A stretch of DNA of 64,000 nt from the NCBI GenBank assembly GCA_037447605.1, contig CM074804.1:4689909-4753908 (forward strand), given 5' to 3'. Below, one piece after another: positions 11,701 through 23,781 of the stretch. How positions within the stretch are numbered: the first letter of the stretch is position 1; every line of letters starts with the position of its first letter. Source of the DNA: Zygnema circumcarinatum SAG 698-1b. Lineage: Eukaryota; Plantae; Zygnematophyceae. The translations under genes and the position numbers were made by a program. The notes under the pieces are model-generated. The model saw only the letters and a program-made list of their open reading frames with translations. It was not told where the DNA came from and did no database searches.

Positions 11701-14700
11701 CGCCGGGCTGGGAATGGTGGGCGACATCGGAATCTCCATGCGTTCATTGGGGGAGCGGGGAAGGCGAGAGGGAGAGTCGCGATTATCATCCGTCATCATC
11801 AACGAAGAAGTTCGAGGCGGCCCGGGCAACCCTAGCCCTCGGTGTCCGTGATAAAGGGGAATGCGTCGCGAGGTCATGGCCATGAGAAGGGGAGAGTCAC
11901 AAGATGGGCGTCATTGGCCGGCCAGGAAATGGGGAGGGAAGCGTCGCCTTCGTCATCCCATGAGGGGATTTCCCGCGGATCCGCATGGGGGTGGCGATGG
12001 GTAAAGTCAGGGTCCTCGGCGATGGAGGTGGTGGTGGCGGCTGTCGATCGGCCCATCTGCGAATAGGACATCATGCGAGGGCTTGGTGATAAAAATCTGT
12101 GGGAAGATGCTGGGGTTCAAGAGGGTGGGTGGAGGAATGGGTTGAAGGAGCGGCGGATGCGTAACCCGGAGAGGAGGGCGAAGGATTACTTGGTGAGGCC
12201 ATCCAGCATTGCCGTGACTCTGGCCCGGGGCGGTGGGTGACCTTAGCACATTATATCCTCCAACTTCATCACCATCGTGCAAACTTAGAGGCGTGAGGTA
12301 GCCATGATGTGCGGCCAAGTGAGGGGCATGTGGTCGATCCGGATGATAGCGGGCTGGTAGGCGTCGAAAGAGCTTGAGCTACCAAATTACTTGGCGGAAG
12401 AGGATGGCAGCGGCCTCTCTCCCTGCAATAGGGCTGCTCACTTGGTCTCGGTTTACGAGCAGAGACCACAGCATATGCTTGACGGGTGTTCCCCATGTCG
12501 AGAATGCTTGGCTGGACGGGTTGATTGGAAGTTTGAGGGTTTGAGGTTGCAGGCCAATACAGCTGCTAAAAAGCTAATCTAAACCTCTGGTAGATGCTTG
12601 GACTCCGGTAGCTACTCCCCGCGGGCATGGAGGGCGTCGCGAGAAGGGCATAGCCCTTGATGAACCCGGCGATGGGAATGGGTGAGCCCGAAGGACTTGG
12701 TGGTGAGGGTTTGTGGAGTCGGCATGAGGGCAATGGCTTCAATCTTATGCGGGTGATGGTTGAGGCCATTGATGCGGCGGTGCGAGATGAGTGATCTCTT
12801 GGTGGCCCCATTTGCACTTCTTGGGTGCAATCTTCAGACGCGCACTGATGAGCTGTTGCAGGACTTGGTCAATGTGTTGCAGGTGGGAGGACCAGTCCTT
12901 GCTGTGGATCGAAGCATCATCCACGTAAGGCTCGCAGAAGGCACGACAGGGGCCGAACACCTGGTTGGCCAGGCGCTGGTGAGTCTGACTGGAATTCTTG
13001 AGCCCGAATGGAAGCACTGTCCACTGCACAAAGCGGCGTGGCTGTCGCGAAGCCATCTTACAGCGATCGGCTATGAAGGGGTATCTGCGAAGGATTTCTG
13101 CGTGTCAAGGGCGAGAACCACCCAGGGCCATCGAGGAGGCGCCGTGGAGAATCAGGTCGCATCGGTAATGTGTAGGGATCCCAACTTTGTTGTGCATTGA
13201 CTTGTTAGTCCCCACGAGGCAGGGTGTGCCATCGGCTTTGGGGGCGAGAGCGGGAGCTGGCCGGCCCTTCTCGGAGTTCCATCAATCCGGCGGCCCGCGT
13301 TCTGTTCGATGCGTGGATTCGACATCGACCTGCTGTCGCGGCCCGGATGATGAGAAATTAGGGGTCATCACGGGGAGGCGCATCCGTATCGATGTGGTGC
13401 GCAGGTCGGGGCAGTCTTGCGATGTCAGTGAATGTGGTAGAAAAACTAGGTGATTTATTTGCGCTTGCCGTAGTTGAGAATGCTTGATAAGTGCGAGAGA
13501 ATTGCGAGGCCCTAATACGCATCGCCTATTTCCAACCACTCCTCATCGCCGATGGTCTCATGTGGGGGAAAGCTGGGTGCAGGTATCACTGGCGGCAACA
13601 GTTCGTCCGTTGGCGCACCGAGAGCTGGACTCGGAGGAGCAGGAGGGGGAGTCTCGTCATCGGTATCAGAATTGGCCGATCCATAAGAAGAATGGGGGCT
13701 GCCGACCGAATGGTACATGGTGATCTCCGGGTAGGAGACCTGCGCCGTGGCGTGGCGCTTGGGGTAGGCGGAGGTGGTAAGGGACTCGAGGATGATTGGG
13801 AAGGAGCAGTCTGTCCCGCCAGCAGATAGGTGCAGTTTACATGTAGCAAAGTCGATTTGCGCTCCCCTCGCGATGAGCCAATCTGAGCCCAGCAGGATAG
13901 AATAGTGTTCAGCGGCCGTGATGACCGCATTCACCGTGGCTCCCATCTCGCCAAGACTGATGACCACTTGGGCGCTGCCCAATCCTTCATGTAAGCTCCC
14001 TTCAACCCCCACATATCGGGGAACGGGCTCAAGTGTCTTGTCCAACTTAACCCCTGCAGCCTTCATCACAGGCTTGGACAGAACTGTGCGCATGGCTCCT
14101 GTGTCGATCATGGCTTTGCTGGGATGACCGTTGAGCCATACATTGACAATGATCCGCACATTGGGTGTTGGGATGAGAGGAGGATCACGGAATGTCGGGG
14201 AGGATGGCGAGGCGGCTGGAGTCGGCGGCCAGTAGCCATATGGTGGATATCACAAGCGGCGAGGGCGTCTGAAGGGAGGAGCCACCAAGGAATCGTAGGA
14301 GAGCCGTAGGGTAGCCTACTACTTGTTTGTGGCAGCTTTGACCCTACGGCCCGGCAGCACCTGAGTACAAAGCTGCATCCAAGCTGTGACAAGGTAATGC
14401 CCGATCTGCTTGCTTGTCTCCCATGAGTTATTTTACCATGCGTTCTCGAGATAGAGCGTCTGGCATCGAGAGGTGGTCGGCTTGTCGGCTGCCAGGGGTA
14501 GAAAGCGGGCTGCTCGGGAGCGATATGGAGGATTGAGTACATCTCTTGATGCGGTAGGCGTCGGCTACGCGGCCTTGCATTGTCGCTCCTCTTCGTGAAT
14601 CTTTAATTTCCTCCTCGGCGAGGATCCAAAAGGTGCAGTGAAGGAGGATGACTGAAGTTGCCGGGCCCGAGGTGATGGCGGCAGTGGTGCAGTACCCCAG

Positions 14701-15625
14701 GAAGCTGGCGCCCGTTAGCATTAGCCGAGGAATGGCGAGGGGATGAGAATGAGGATAAACGGTTGTAGGGAACTTCTGCGAAGAGCGGAGTTGCAATCTC
14801 GGCGATCCGGGCTTGAGCCTCAGCTTCAGAAGTGATGGGGGATTCTGACAAAGCCGGTTGAAATGCCGCGGCAACCTGGGCGGCGCGTGATTGGGCAGCA
14901 GGATCGGGCGCAGCACCCAATACGTTTGACGGGGAGGGGGAATCCATGGGGTGCAGATGGATAGGTGGTCGTTGCAGGATGGTGTAAGCGGGTGAAGGAG
15001 ATGGAGGCGGGCGAAAGGGAGCCGGAGCTCTCGGTGGTGTGGGGGCAGCCGGGAGCATATCCATGAAGGTGATCTCTGCAGGTGAGCTCCCTTCAGCTGC
15101 CTCTTTCCCCTTGCGGGCCTTCTCACTCGAGAGTCTCCGCATGCACCCACGGGCATCATGTCGCGTGTCGGCGAAGGTGCAGGTCAGTAGTCCGCCAAGC
15201 GCGGCAGCGGTTATGATTGGGCGCGAGGCAAGGCGGACGCCCTGCAGACCCCTGCCTGCGTCATCCGCCCGGTATGAGATGGGCCACGGCGGCTCTCGCC
15301 CGAGGCGTCTGTCCGGAATAAGGAGCCGGATATCACGGGCCCAGCGATACATCTGGTATGTGAGGATTCACTGCCGGCTCAATGGGATGCGCCGGATCAT
15401 GAGGGTATGGGGAAAGGGGAAGGGGCTTGGTTGTGCTGGCTATGGCCAGAGGCTGCACCACAGGGGCTGTCCGGACGTCCTGAGCAGTGACGCCGGAGAA
15501 GGAAGGCTTGTTCCGAGTAGATGTAGCGTAGGGATCGAACAACTGTTGATTCTGTGTCTTCAAGAACTGCTGGTAGAGTCGATCTTGTCGTGGATCTGTA
15601 GCGTTCATGTAATGTGGTCGTACAT
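8712..15625 (-). mobile_element. Ty3/gypsy LTR retrotransposon copy A, family 1 (3' LTR 8712-10306; 5' LTR not assembled)
   Basis: Minus-strand order: gag ~15625-14300 (degenerate zinc knuckle), protease IDTGA (ORF 13512-14159), RT LPFGLKNS...YVDD (ORF 12745-13056), RNase H to ~12240, integrase ~11880-10700 (WNIDTF...FLAV; WLGPF). PR-RT-RH-INT order is gypsy-type. Many frameshifts. Confidence 0.95.
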
Positions 15626-15732
15626 NNNNNNNNNNCTTTACTAGCCGTTACGGGCTTACGCAAAAGTCACCTAATCTCCCCGCACGTCCCGCCGTAAGAG
15701 GCTCTCGCTCTTCTCCCTCTTCTTCTTGGCTT

Positions 15733-15993
15733 CGATACGATATGGCACGATACGGTACGGTGCGAAACTCCCCGATACGGTACTATCCGTACTAGCCGTA
15801 TGAGCTGTAGTAGCCGTTACAGTACGATACGGTACGATATGGTACGGTACGATACGAAATGCCCCGATACGGTACTAGCCGTACGAGCTTAGACGAACAA
15901 AGAGCGGAAAACTACGTCTATGCGTTACGATATGGCACGATACGATACGACGATAAACGATACAGTATGGTACGGTACGGTACGATACGTACG
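15733..15993. repeat. Degenerate pentamer array (GATAC/GGTAC/TACGA) with an internal ~100-bp duplication
   Basis: gatacgatatggcacgatacggtacgg... is repeated. The ccccgatacggtacta(t/g)ccgtac block occurs twice (~15770 and ~15862). Confidence 0.85.
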
Positions 15994-16087
15994 GTTCATC
16001 ATGAACTCTAACAGAATACCGCCCGTCTATTGGTAACACGAACCTTATATATGCAAAATCAATATTTTCGCCTCATATTGGCCAAAA

Positions 16088-17600
16088 CCAGGGTGGAAAA
16101 TATGAGGACCCCCTACTGTAATCACCTTAAATATCGTAAATAGATTATTTAAGGAGGAAATTGAGATCGATTAAGGAGAATGATACCCCCCCCCCATTTT
16201 CGGATACCCCCCCCCCCGTATGTTTTTGAGAGTAGTAAAAATGTTTGGGCCTGCCCGAATCCGCTCGGAGAGGAAGATTCGTCCGGCTCATACGTGCGAT
16301 TTCGCGCGTCCCTCGGCCCGAGATCTCCGCAAAACTATGAGCTGGACCCGCCAGCCTGCGGAAAACTGGCAGCCAATCACCATTGTGTTATTTTGTATGA
16401 CGTAGCAAATTTGATTGGTCCAGGTCCTAATTGTACGGTATTTCGCCTTTCCTCGAAGCTGTGACCATACGAAGTCTGTACGATTTGGATTCGATTACAC
16501 AGTATCCGTACGAACGCATCCAGGCGCCGCCGCGTGCCGTCCGCGAACTTACCGTCTGACCGTCATTACCGGGACACGTGGGCGCGTGCCATTCGCTGGG
16601 ACCGAGCCCGGCTGCAGATCGACGAACCGACGATCGGACAGTTGCCGTGGTGTTCTCGACGGCTGAGATTCACCGCACTGGTGAAGGACGCGAGCACTCG
16701 CATGTGCGACTCGGACAGATCTTCCGCTCCCGGCGGATCCGGGCAGGCCCAAACATATTTTTGTCAAAAAAAAATCAGGGGGACGGGATATCCAAAATGG
16801 GGCGAGGGGTTATCATTCGTCTTAATTTAAGGACGTTAACCTTAAATACCAAAAAGCCCTAAAAGAGGCCTTTTTTTGGTTCAAAAACGTAAAATGAATG
16901 GGCATTCAGCTCACAATAGCGATGCCATCATATGAACATGACCTTTACTTCTTGGCTTCACAACATGGCGCAAAAAATTGTGCAAACTCGTCAACTCTTA
17001 TAAATTGGATTTTTTACCAATCGATCAAAAGCATTTGGCAATCACAACATGTAGTAGTTACTCATTCAAAGACCCAATTGTATGAAAGCCTTGTACATGT
17101 CATCCAGAAGTCTTCATCTCCATTTCCATCCATCATGAATTACTCCAAGCATGACCTTCTTATAATCCCTCATAGTCTGGAAACCTCCTCTCAAAAACTA
17201 ACTTCCAAATCATAACTTCCAATATTTTGGGTTTTAGCCACAAAACAGAAACTAAAATAAGAATTGAAATTGGAAATGAAATAAAAACTAGCCGTACTCC
17301 CTTACTACTGCTTCCAAGTTGAGCAAGACGGCTCTAAAACTATTGCAAACTACTCAAGAATATCTTTGAAGGGCACTCAAACTATCAAACTGCTTGGAAA
17401 ACTCAATCAAACGCTTTCGAAACTCGTCATTTTCCCATCCAACTACTAAAAACCTGACTCGACAAAAAAAAAAAATGAAATGAAAAAGGAAAAAGAATGT
17501 TGAGGCAAGGTCTTCACAAAATTCTCGTACCATTGGAAAACTTTGGCGTCCCCAACTTCTTCACTGACGCAAACTTCTTCGAAATCCGTTTCAATTAACA
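16088..17600 (-). mobile_element. Second, more decayed copy of the hAT-like transposase-bearing element, interrupted by a TTAA-flanked MITE
   Basis: Shares taaatatcgtaaatag and the AT-rich ~600-1260 tract with the first copy. Minus-strand remnants TDFEEV...GRQSFPMVREFCEDLASTF...VESGFLVVGWENDEFRKRL...KQFDSL at ~17340-17600, with frameshifts and a poly-A insert. Confidence 0.7.
16175..16821. mobile_element. Non-autonomous TIR element with TTAA target-site duplication and purine (GG/GA) termini (Kolobok-like signature)
   Basis: TTAA at 16171-16174 and 16822-16825. Ends ggagaatgata and tatcattcgtc. Subterminal inverted repeats gggcctgcccgaatccgctcggag / ctcccggcggatccgggcaggccc. Interior is homologous to ~2143-2775. 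Confidence 0.7.
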
Positions 17601-18010
17601 GATTGTGTATTGAAATTTAGGTCAGGTTAGGTTAAACCCCTAATACATTAACACTGACTAAGTGCAGAGCAAAGTACGAATAAAATGGCATTGAACTTAC
17701 GATGGCGAGCCCATCAAATGTACATGAACAAAAGCAGCATGTGGAACCACGAGGGACTTGTCGAAAGGTAGAAGCTAATAGCGGAAAACTACGCCTGAAA
17801 AGTGGCTTCCTCAAAATAGGGGGAGTCAGACCTTGACCATCGCCCGCGGAATTGAAAGATTCCGCCGGCGGAAAGGTATTGATTTCGATTGCAGAATTCG
17901 GGTCGGAAACCGCGGCTCCCCCCGAACCTGTCTGTCCCGTCCGTACTTCGAAATAGGTTACAAAAATGAGATACAGGCTCGGCGCCCGAGCCTGTCGAAC
18001 NNNNNNNNNN

Positions 18011-18347
18011 TGAGACACCTTGAGGAGAAGGCAGCGCAAGCAGACCTGAAGGAGGACCAATGGATCAAGCTGGCCCTTGGAGCGCTGGAAGGAGAGGCCG
18101 TCAACTGGAAGCTGTCCCGAAACTGGCACAAGGCGGATGTCGTCGGCAACCTGACAAGGGACACATTCAAGCAAGCTTTCAGACANNNNNNNNNNCTGAA
18201 TCCCCCGGATCCTGGCTCTATGCTGCAGGCAGACCCACAGAACCAACCCAACCCTTCATTACTTTCAGCACGGACGCGCGAGTGGCCGTACAGCACCTGC
18301 AGCTAGCTCAGCAGTCTTTGTTTAACCCCACTTATCTTTGTGCTACA
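18011..18347 (+). mobile_element. Gapped copy C of gypsy family 1: gag fragment plus LTR 3' end
   Basis: 18011-18185 encodes RHLEEKAAQADLKEDQWIKLALGALEGEAVNW...TRDTFKQAFR (retrotransposon gag-like). 18196-18347 matches the LTR end and finishes TGTGCTACA. Both sides abut N gaps. Confidence 0.8.
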
Positions 18348-18373
18348 GAAGCCCGTAACGGCTAGTACAGCAA

Positions 18374-18440
18374 GTACGGCTAGTACGGCTAGTACGGCTA
18401 GTACGGTTTTTATGGTTTCTAGGGTTTTAGGGTTTTAGGG
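18374..18440. repeat. (AGTACGGCT)x~4 tandem followed by a TAGGG(TTTTAGGG)2 telomere-like motif
   Basis: Read directly: agtacggctagtacggctagtacggctagtacgg, then tagggttttagggttttaggg at 18420-18440. Confidence 0.8.
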
Positions 18441-19024
18441 GGTACGGATAGTACGGATAACACAGAGTTCCCGTACAAAAAGGTGGTTTCGGCAAAATCG
18501 GGGCGAATTTCTTGGGGACGCACTGTACAGGGTGGAAAATATGAGGACTGCTGACTGTACAGTTTTTGCGAGTATTTTGCGAGTAGCTCGTTTGAGGATG
18601 CCGGTCATCCGCGGTGGGGCGGGACCCGCAGGCGGACTCGGGACGACCCCGTCCCGCCAGCATGTGCTCACTACGTACGGATTCCGATCCCGAACAGCCT
18701 AAATCCACAGGAACCAGTACCGCGAAACGGCCCGCCCGCCCGCCCGCCCGCCCGCCCCGCGTTGACCGACCGACCGACCGACAAACCGGCGGGGGGGCTG
18801 CGGAACGGAGGGAGGGAGCATGGAACCGGTCCGCCTGCCTGCCTGCCTGCCCCGGGCCGGTCTGTGTGCCGTGCCGGCCCTCGTGAGGGAAGCGCGGGGA
18901 GAGCCACAGGAGGTCGCGTTGCGCGCAGGAGTGGAAGGACTCGCACGCAGGACGAGTATTGAAATAGAGTAGTTTCGGATTGGAGTCGAGGTGTTCAGGG
19001 AGTAACAGGATACTTGAGTTTGCG

Positions 19025-22000
19025 ATGGACCATTTGCAAGTGGTAAAGGTGAGGGAGGTTGCGCTGGAGGGTTGAACCTTGTTCGAGTCATCTTGTTGCC
19101 GTTTATTGAAGTAGTTTGCTTGACAAGTGAGAAGTATTTGATCATGTAGGATTTATGACGAAGCAATTCTGAAAACGAGTTTCTGTTTGATCCTGGTGGT
19201 TGGTTGCTCCGCGAGTTAGATGAACCCAGTTTCGCCAGTGTTTCTGGACCTTTAGGAAAAAGGCCTCGCTTTAAATTAATTAAAGAATTTCTTTGGAGCA
19301 GGTAAGATATGGAGATACATTGCGGCGGATTAATTTCTCCGTCGCGGAAGGACCATCTTTCGCAGCTCTTGAAAGGAAAATCCGTTCTCTCTTCCAATTT
19401 TCTGAATGTGCTCAATTTTCGCTGACTTATGACGATAATGAAGGAGATCAGGTGACTATGGCCGGCGATATTGATCTTGAAGACGCAATTATTCTCCAGA
19501 AGTTGAATCCGCTCCGCATAGGAGTTACTCCGTTGGAAGCATCTACTTCTTCAGATTCCGTTTCAGCAGCGTTGTCTCCCGCTCAGGCGTCAGAAGACAC
19601 AAGCACCAACAAATTTGTTAGTAAGATAGTTGTGGAAGAAGAGTCATGTCTATCCAATAGAGATCACAGGATCGCCGACATTGAGCAAAAGATTAGGTGC
19701 CATTTAATGGGTCTGCTGAAGCATCAAGGGCAGGAGAAAATATCGGCATATCAATCTTTCCTTGACACAATATCGTCCAAGGTCGCAGAAGTAGTTGACG
19801 CTGCTGTTGAAAGTGGGATTACAGTCAGTTTTGAGCCCCATATTGAGTTCGAGGAACGACCAGAAGTTCTCGCTGACACTGGAAATTCTGGTGCGTCCAA
19901 CCCTTTTCGTCAGCCTTCTGCATCCGCAGCCTTCATTCTGGAAGCAGAAGATTCAGACAGCTTCCAAGAAGTCATGACCATGTCCGTGAATTGTCTAACA
20001 GCCGGGTCATCTTCGGTTCAATCAACAGGTCTGAATTTGACCGCCGAGCTATTCCAGGGAGGGGAAATGCTTACTTTAAACGAACGAGCTGTCGATAGTC
20101 ACGATGATTCTCGGTCAGCTGTGCATTATGGAGTAGAATGCGATGTTTGCAAAGTTCTTCCGATTGTTGGGGACCGCTACAAATCGACTTTGTACGTGAA
20201 TCTCATGCTGATTTACTATGTTTTGTGAATGTTTCATTTACCACTTTTTGGTGAATTTGCTGAATCTGCAGTTTTGTATGATTGGTTTTTTTTTGCATTA
20301 TCCTCTTCTTGCTTGTTGTATTCTTTGTATTATTTTTCTTAGTTGAATTCAGAGCAACGCCTTAAGCCGCCGTGCTGTAGCATTCACGAAAGCGACCATC
20401 TATGCTTGTATTCCAGTCCCAGCTTAATTCGTATGCAAGCCATAGTCGACATAATTGTGATGCTTCAGCTTGCCTTGTTTGTGGAGTGTTTTCAGGATTT
20501 CTAATTATGACTTATGCTCAAGTTGCTACGCCAAGGAAGAAAACAACTCAGAATACAACAAAGTTGAACGACCACCTCGTTACCATCCTTCCTGGGGCAT
20601 GAATATGGTATGGAGTTATAGACAAGAAGTATCAGACTATATGTCAAATTAAAAAATGTGCAGGGGTTTTTTACCATTTTTGCCGAATCGTAGTGTGGTC
20701 TTGTAGGCAGATGCGAGTAATTTAGTTGCTGATTTAGAATCTAGCCACTGAGATGCCAACTGTAGGTTCCTGTATGATCTTGTGAGTGTCATTCTGGTGT
20801 AGGTATGTGGCCGTTTCCTTATTCTTCCCTTCTTTTTTATTATTGGACAGAGACAGATTCCCAAAGCATGTTCGGATGACACACAGAGTGTTTGGTTTGG
20901 AGGGTATATCCCTGTCTCTTCGGCATGCCCTGTGGAGAAGCTGGATATGTGCTTTGTGAAGGATGTGACATTGAGTGATGGGTCGGTTCTATCGCCCCGC
21001 GCCCGCTTCACCAAGACTTGGCGCCTTCAGAACTCCGGCACTTTACCCTGGCCGATGGGTACGCAGTTGGTCCACGTTGGAGGTAGTCGGTTAGGAGCCA
21101 ACGCGCTAGTTGACCTTCCTGTGAGTTCTTGTTCATGACATAACCCGGTGTCATGCGCGTTCATTGAGCATATTGCATAGTCAACCCTAATGTCGAGTAA
21201 TTTTGCTGCATTTTGGTTGCTGGCAGATTTTTACGGACATCCAAGTGGGACAGGAAACAAATGTTTCCATCGAATTGATTTCTCCAGAAGAGTGTGGGCG
21301 ATACGTGAGCCATTGGCGTCTTATCTCTCCTTCCGGCCATAAGTTTGGCCATCGTGTGTGGGCTCTGATTGAGGTTGGTGTTGCTTCAGCCTGCTATGCA
21401 GCCCATTGAGAGAAACTCCGACGCTGAGCTATGCCAAAGGTACAAAGTTGGAAATTGTTCCAGCAGATGTGTTCGTTGCAAATTAACTTGCAATGGTGGT
21501 TTATTCGGAGTGCAGGTGGTGCAGACGGTCGGTGACGTGGTTCTCATGGTGGTCGGAAGTTGTGAGGTAACAGATGCTACTGCTAAGCAATGTCCACCGC
21601 AAGCACTAGCAACTTTGCCAGCGGCTGAGACTCGTGATCTAGAACACGATGAGGGATTGCTTGAGGCGCATGTACTTGAGCCAAACCCTCAAGAAGTAGT
21701 TGAGTGCTCCAGAAAGCCTCTTCCTGTTTTGGCGGAGGCCATTGTGATGGACGCTACCTCACATCCAGGAGGCGGCCAGGGGGGGCCTAACGAGATTTAT
21801 GTAAGACTTCACTTTTTAAAAACACTGGCTAAGTGAAAACTAGTTGTACGTGATGTTGTGCTTATTACCAAACTCTCTACTTATGACGGTTTTGGACTCA
21901 AGCCAATGTGCTTAAGGTGAGGAATGTATATGCAAGGCATGAGGGTGCGTCTGGTCAAAGATCTGATACAGCAGTATGCTCTTACTTCACACTTCAACTT

Positions 22001-22962
22001 GCGAAACATGGCCGCTTGCTGTGGACTAATTCTGTGGTTGTGAGGTGCTTCAGGAATCGCTTCCAGCAACGGGCAGGCGCTCTGAAACCAATCTTCACCT
22101 CCCGTGTGCGGCGAATCCAGCTTTCATGCCCGCCCATAAGCCGGCAGATGTTGCACAAACTGGTTTGCCCGATCGTCAGCCAGTCAAGAAAAATGCAGCA
22201 GTTATAGATATTGGGCAAAGCAAGTCAGATGTTGTTTTCTTGCAGTTGGACAGCCCTGAATCGCCTGGGAATGTATGCACAACTGTTGGAGGGTTCTCTC
22301 TTGTAGATTTTCCGTCGTCTAGTGCCGGTGAGGCTTGTTCACCAACCTCTATTCTTTTAGATCAGTCATGCCTTGCCGCAGAGCTGTCCAAGTGTGCGGT
22401 TGACGTGAATACATCCGAAGAAAGGACTGCTTCTGCTGTGCTGGATGCGTCCAACAACGTGGTTCCTGTCGGAGGGAGAAACCCCGTGCAGCTGGAGGAC
22501 GTGATGGTGAAGGAAATGCTGGCATATCTGGAGCACATGGGGTACATGGACACCGAGTTGAACGCGGAGCTCCTGCGTAAAAATGATTTCATGTTGCAGC
22601 CAACAATCTCATATCTAATCAAGTTTGCGGAATGGGACCCCATGATGGAAGAATTGGTGGAAATGGTAAGTTGAGAGCTCACCGATTTGTTGACCCTGTT
22701 TTACTTCTTGCTCCCCTGCTTGAAGTTTACTTGCATGTTCCTCTCAATTCCCTTCCCCCTTCATGCTTTAGGAGCTCTTTCGATTACAATTGCATGCATG
22801 CAAAGAATTGCAGGAATCAACGCAGGTCTGACGGAATTCTTGCTGTGCACCCTTTTTGGCCCTCAGGGATTTCCTGATACTCGTCTGAATCGTCAGCTTA
22901 TGCTTAAGAACAATGGCAGCGTGAAGCACGTCGTGAAGGACTTGGTTCACATGTACAAATGA
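19025..22962 (+). CDS. NBR1: Selective autophagy receptor NBR1 (PB1-ZZ-FW-UBA-UBA), multi-exon
   Basis: Exon 1 MDHLQVVK (19025-19048) splices to VRYGDTLRRINF (PB1). ZZ finger CDVCKVLPIVGDRYKST/NYDLCSSC. FW domain FVKDVTLSDG...FTKTWRLQNSGTLPWP and GRYVSHWRL...FGHRVW. Two UBAs separated by WDPM, ending GFPDTRLNRQLMLKNNGSVKHVVKDL. Confidence 0.95.
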
Positions 22963-23781
22963 ATCGAGTGTGTAGAGGACAAGAGGATGGGGTGGACGGA
23001 CAAAAGTGATGCCACTGCATGCAACTAAGATATCTGTTGAGCAACTTTCATGCTTTGTACTCGATAGTAAAGAGAATCCTAGGGAGGCGTTGTTGGAAGG
23101 GGTTTTCAGGTGTATTTTCATAGCTTGTTTGAGGAGACTGCTTGACCGAGAGAATTGGTTTGCAGCTTGTACATAGATTGAGTGGCCTTGTACAGGGACG
23201 TGCATTGAATGCGTCCAGCCGTAGCAGCGAGGGTATGCCACCAAGTAGTGCAGGGGCGGGTTTTATTCTTTCTCCTTTTCTGCTGTGCACAAATGCCTCT
23301 TGTGACTACAATGTGCATGGCAGAAGAAATTGTTGAAGTCTTTGACATTAGCTAAAATGTGAAGCTGGAGATTAGGTCCTCTTTCACTTGCCTTTCGCCG
23401 ATGAAGCGACATCGTGAATGGCCTGTGGAATGTAGAAGCAGGGCTTCAAAAGGCTCCACGCCAAAGTTCTGGATGTTGCTTTGTTCACGTCCGGGGAGCT
23501 CCTTCGTCCACCGACATATTGATAGTCTGCCGACACTCCCACTAGAGTGAAGGGTCCCTGAAATGACGACACTTTTTCTCCCAGTCGGGTTGAATTGAGG
23601 TGCGTCCGTTGAGATTTGAGAGACGACTGGCCTCGTGCTTCGGCTTTGGCGTTCTTCTGAGATATCCGGCATGGGTGAGGCCCTGCCTACCACGTCAGCA
23701 GCACATTCTGCACGCTTTGCGTGAATACCGTACTACTTGTGTGTCCTTCCCGCGATGTGCGCTCGAGGAAGGCATTGAGGC

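Noticed and set aside
17973-17995. Perfect 10-bp GC-rich hairpin acaggctcgg-cgc-ccgagcctgt, like a Helitron 3' end
   Set aside because: The diagnostic CTRR terminus would fall in the N gap, and no Helitron 5' end or Rep/helicase was seen. Cannot be supported.
23352-23693. 113-aa minus-strand ORF divergent from the coiled-coil gene
   Set aside because: No homology recognised and no supporting splice structure.
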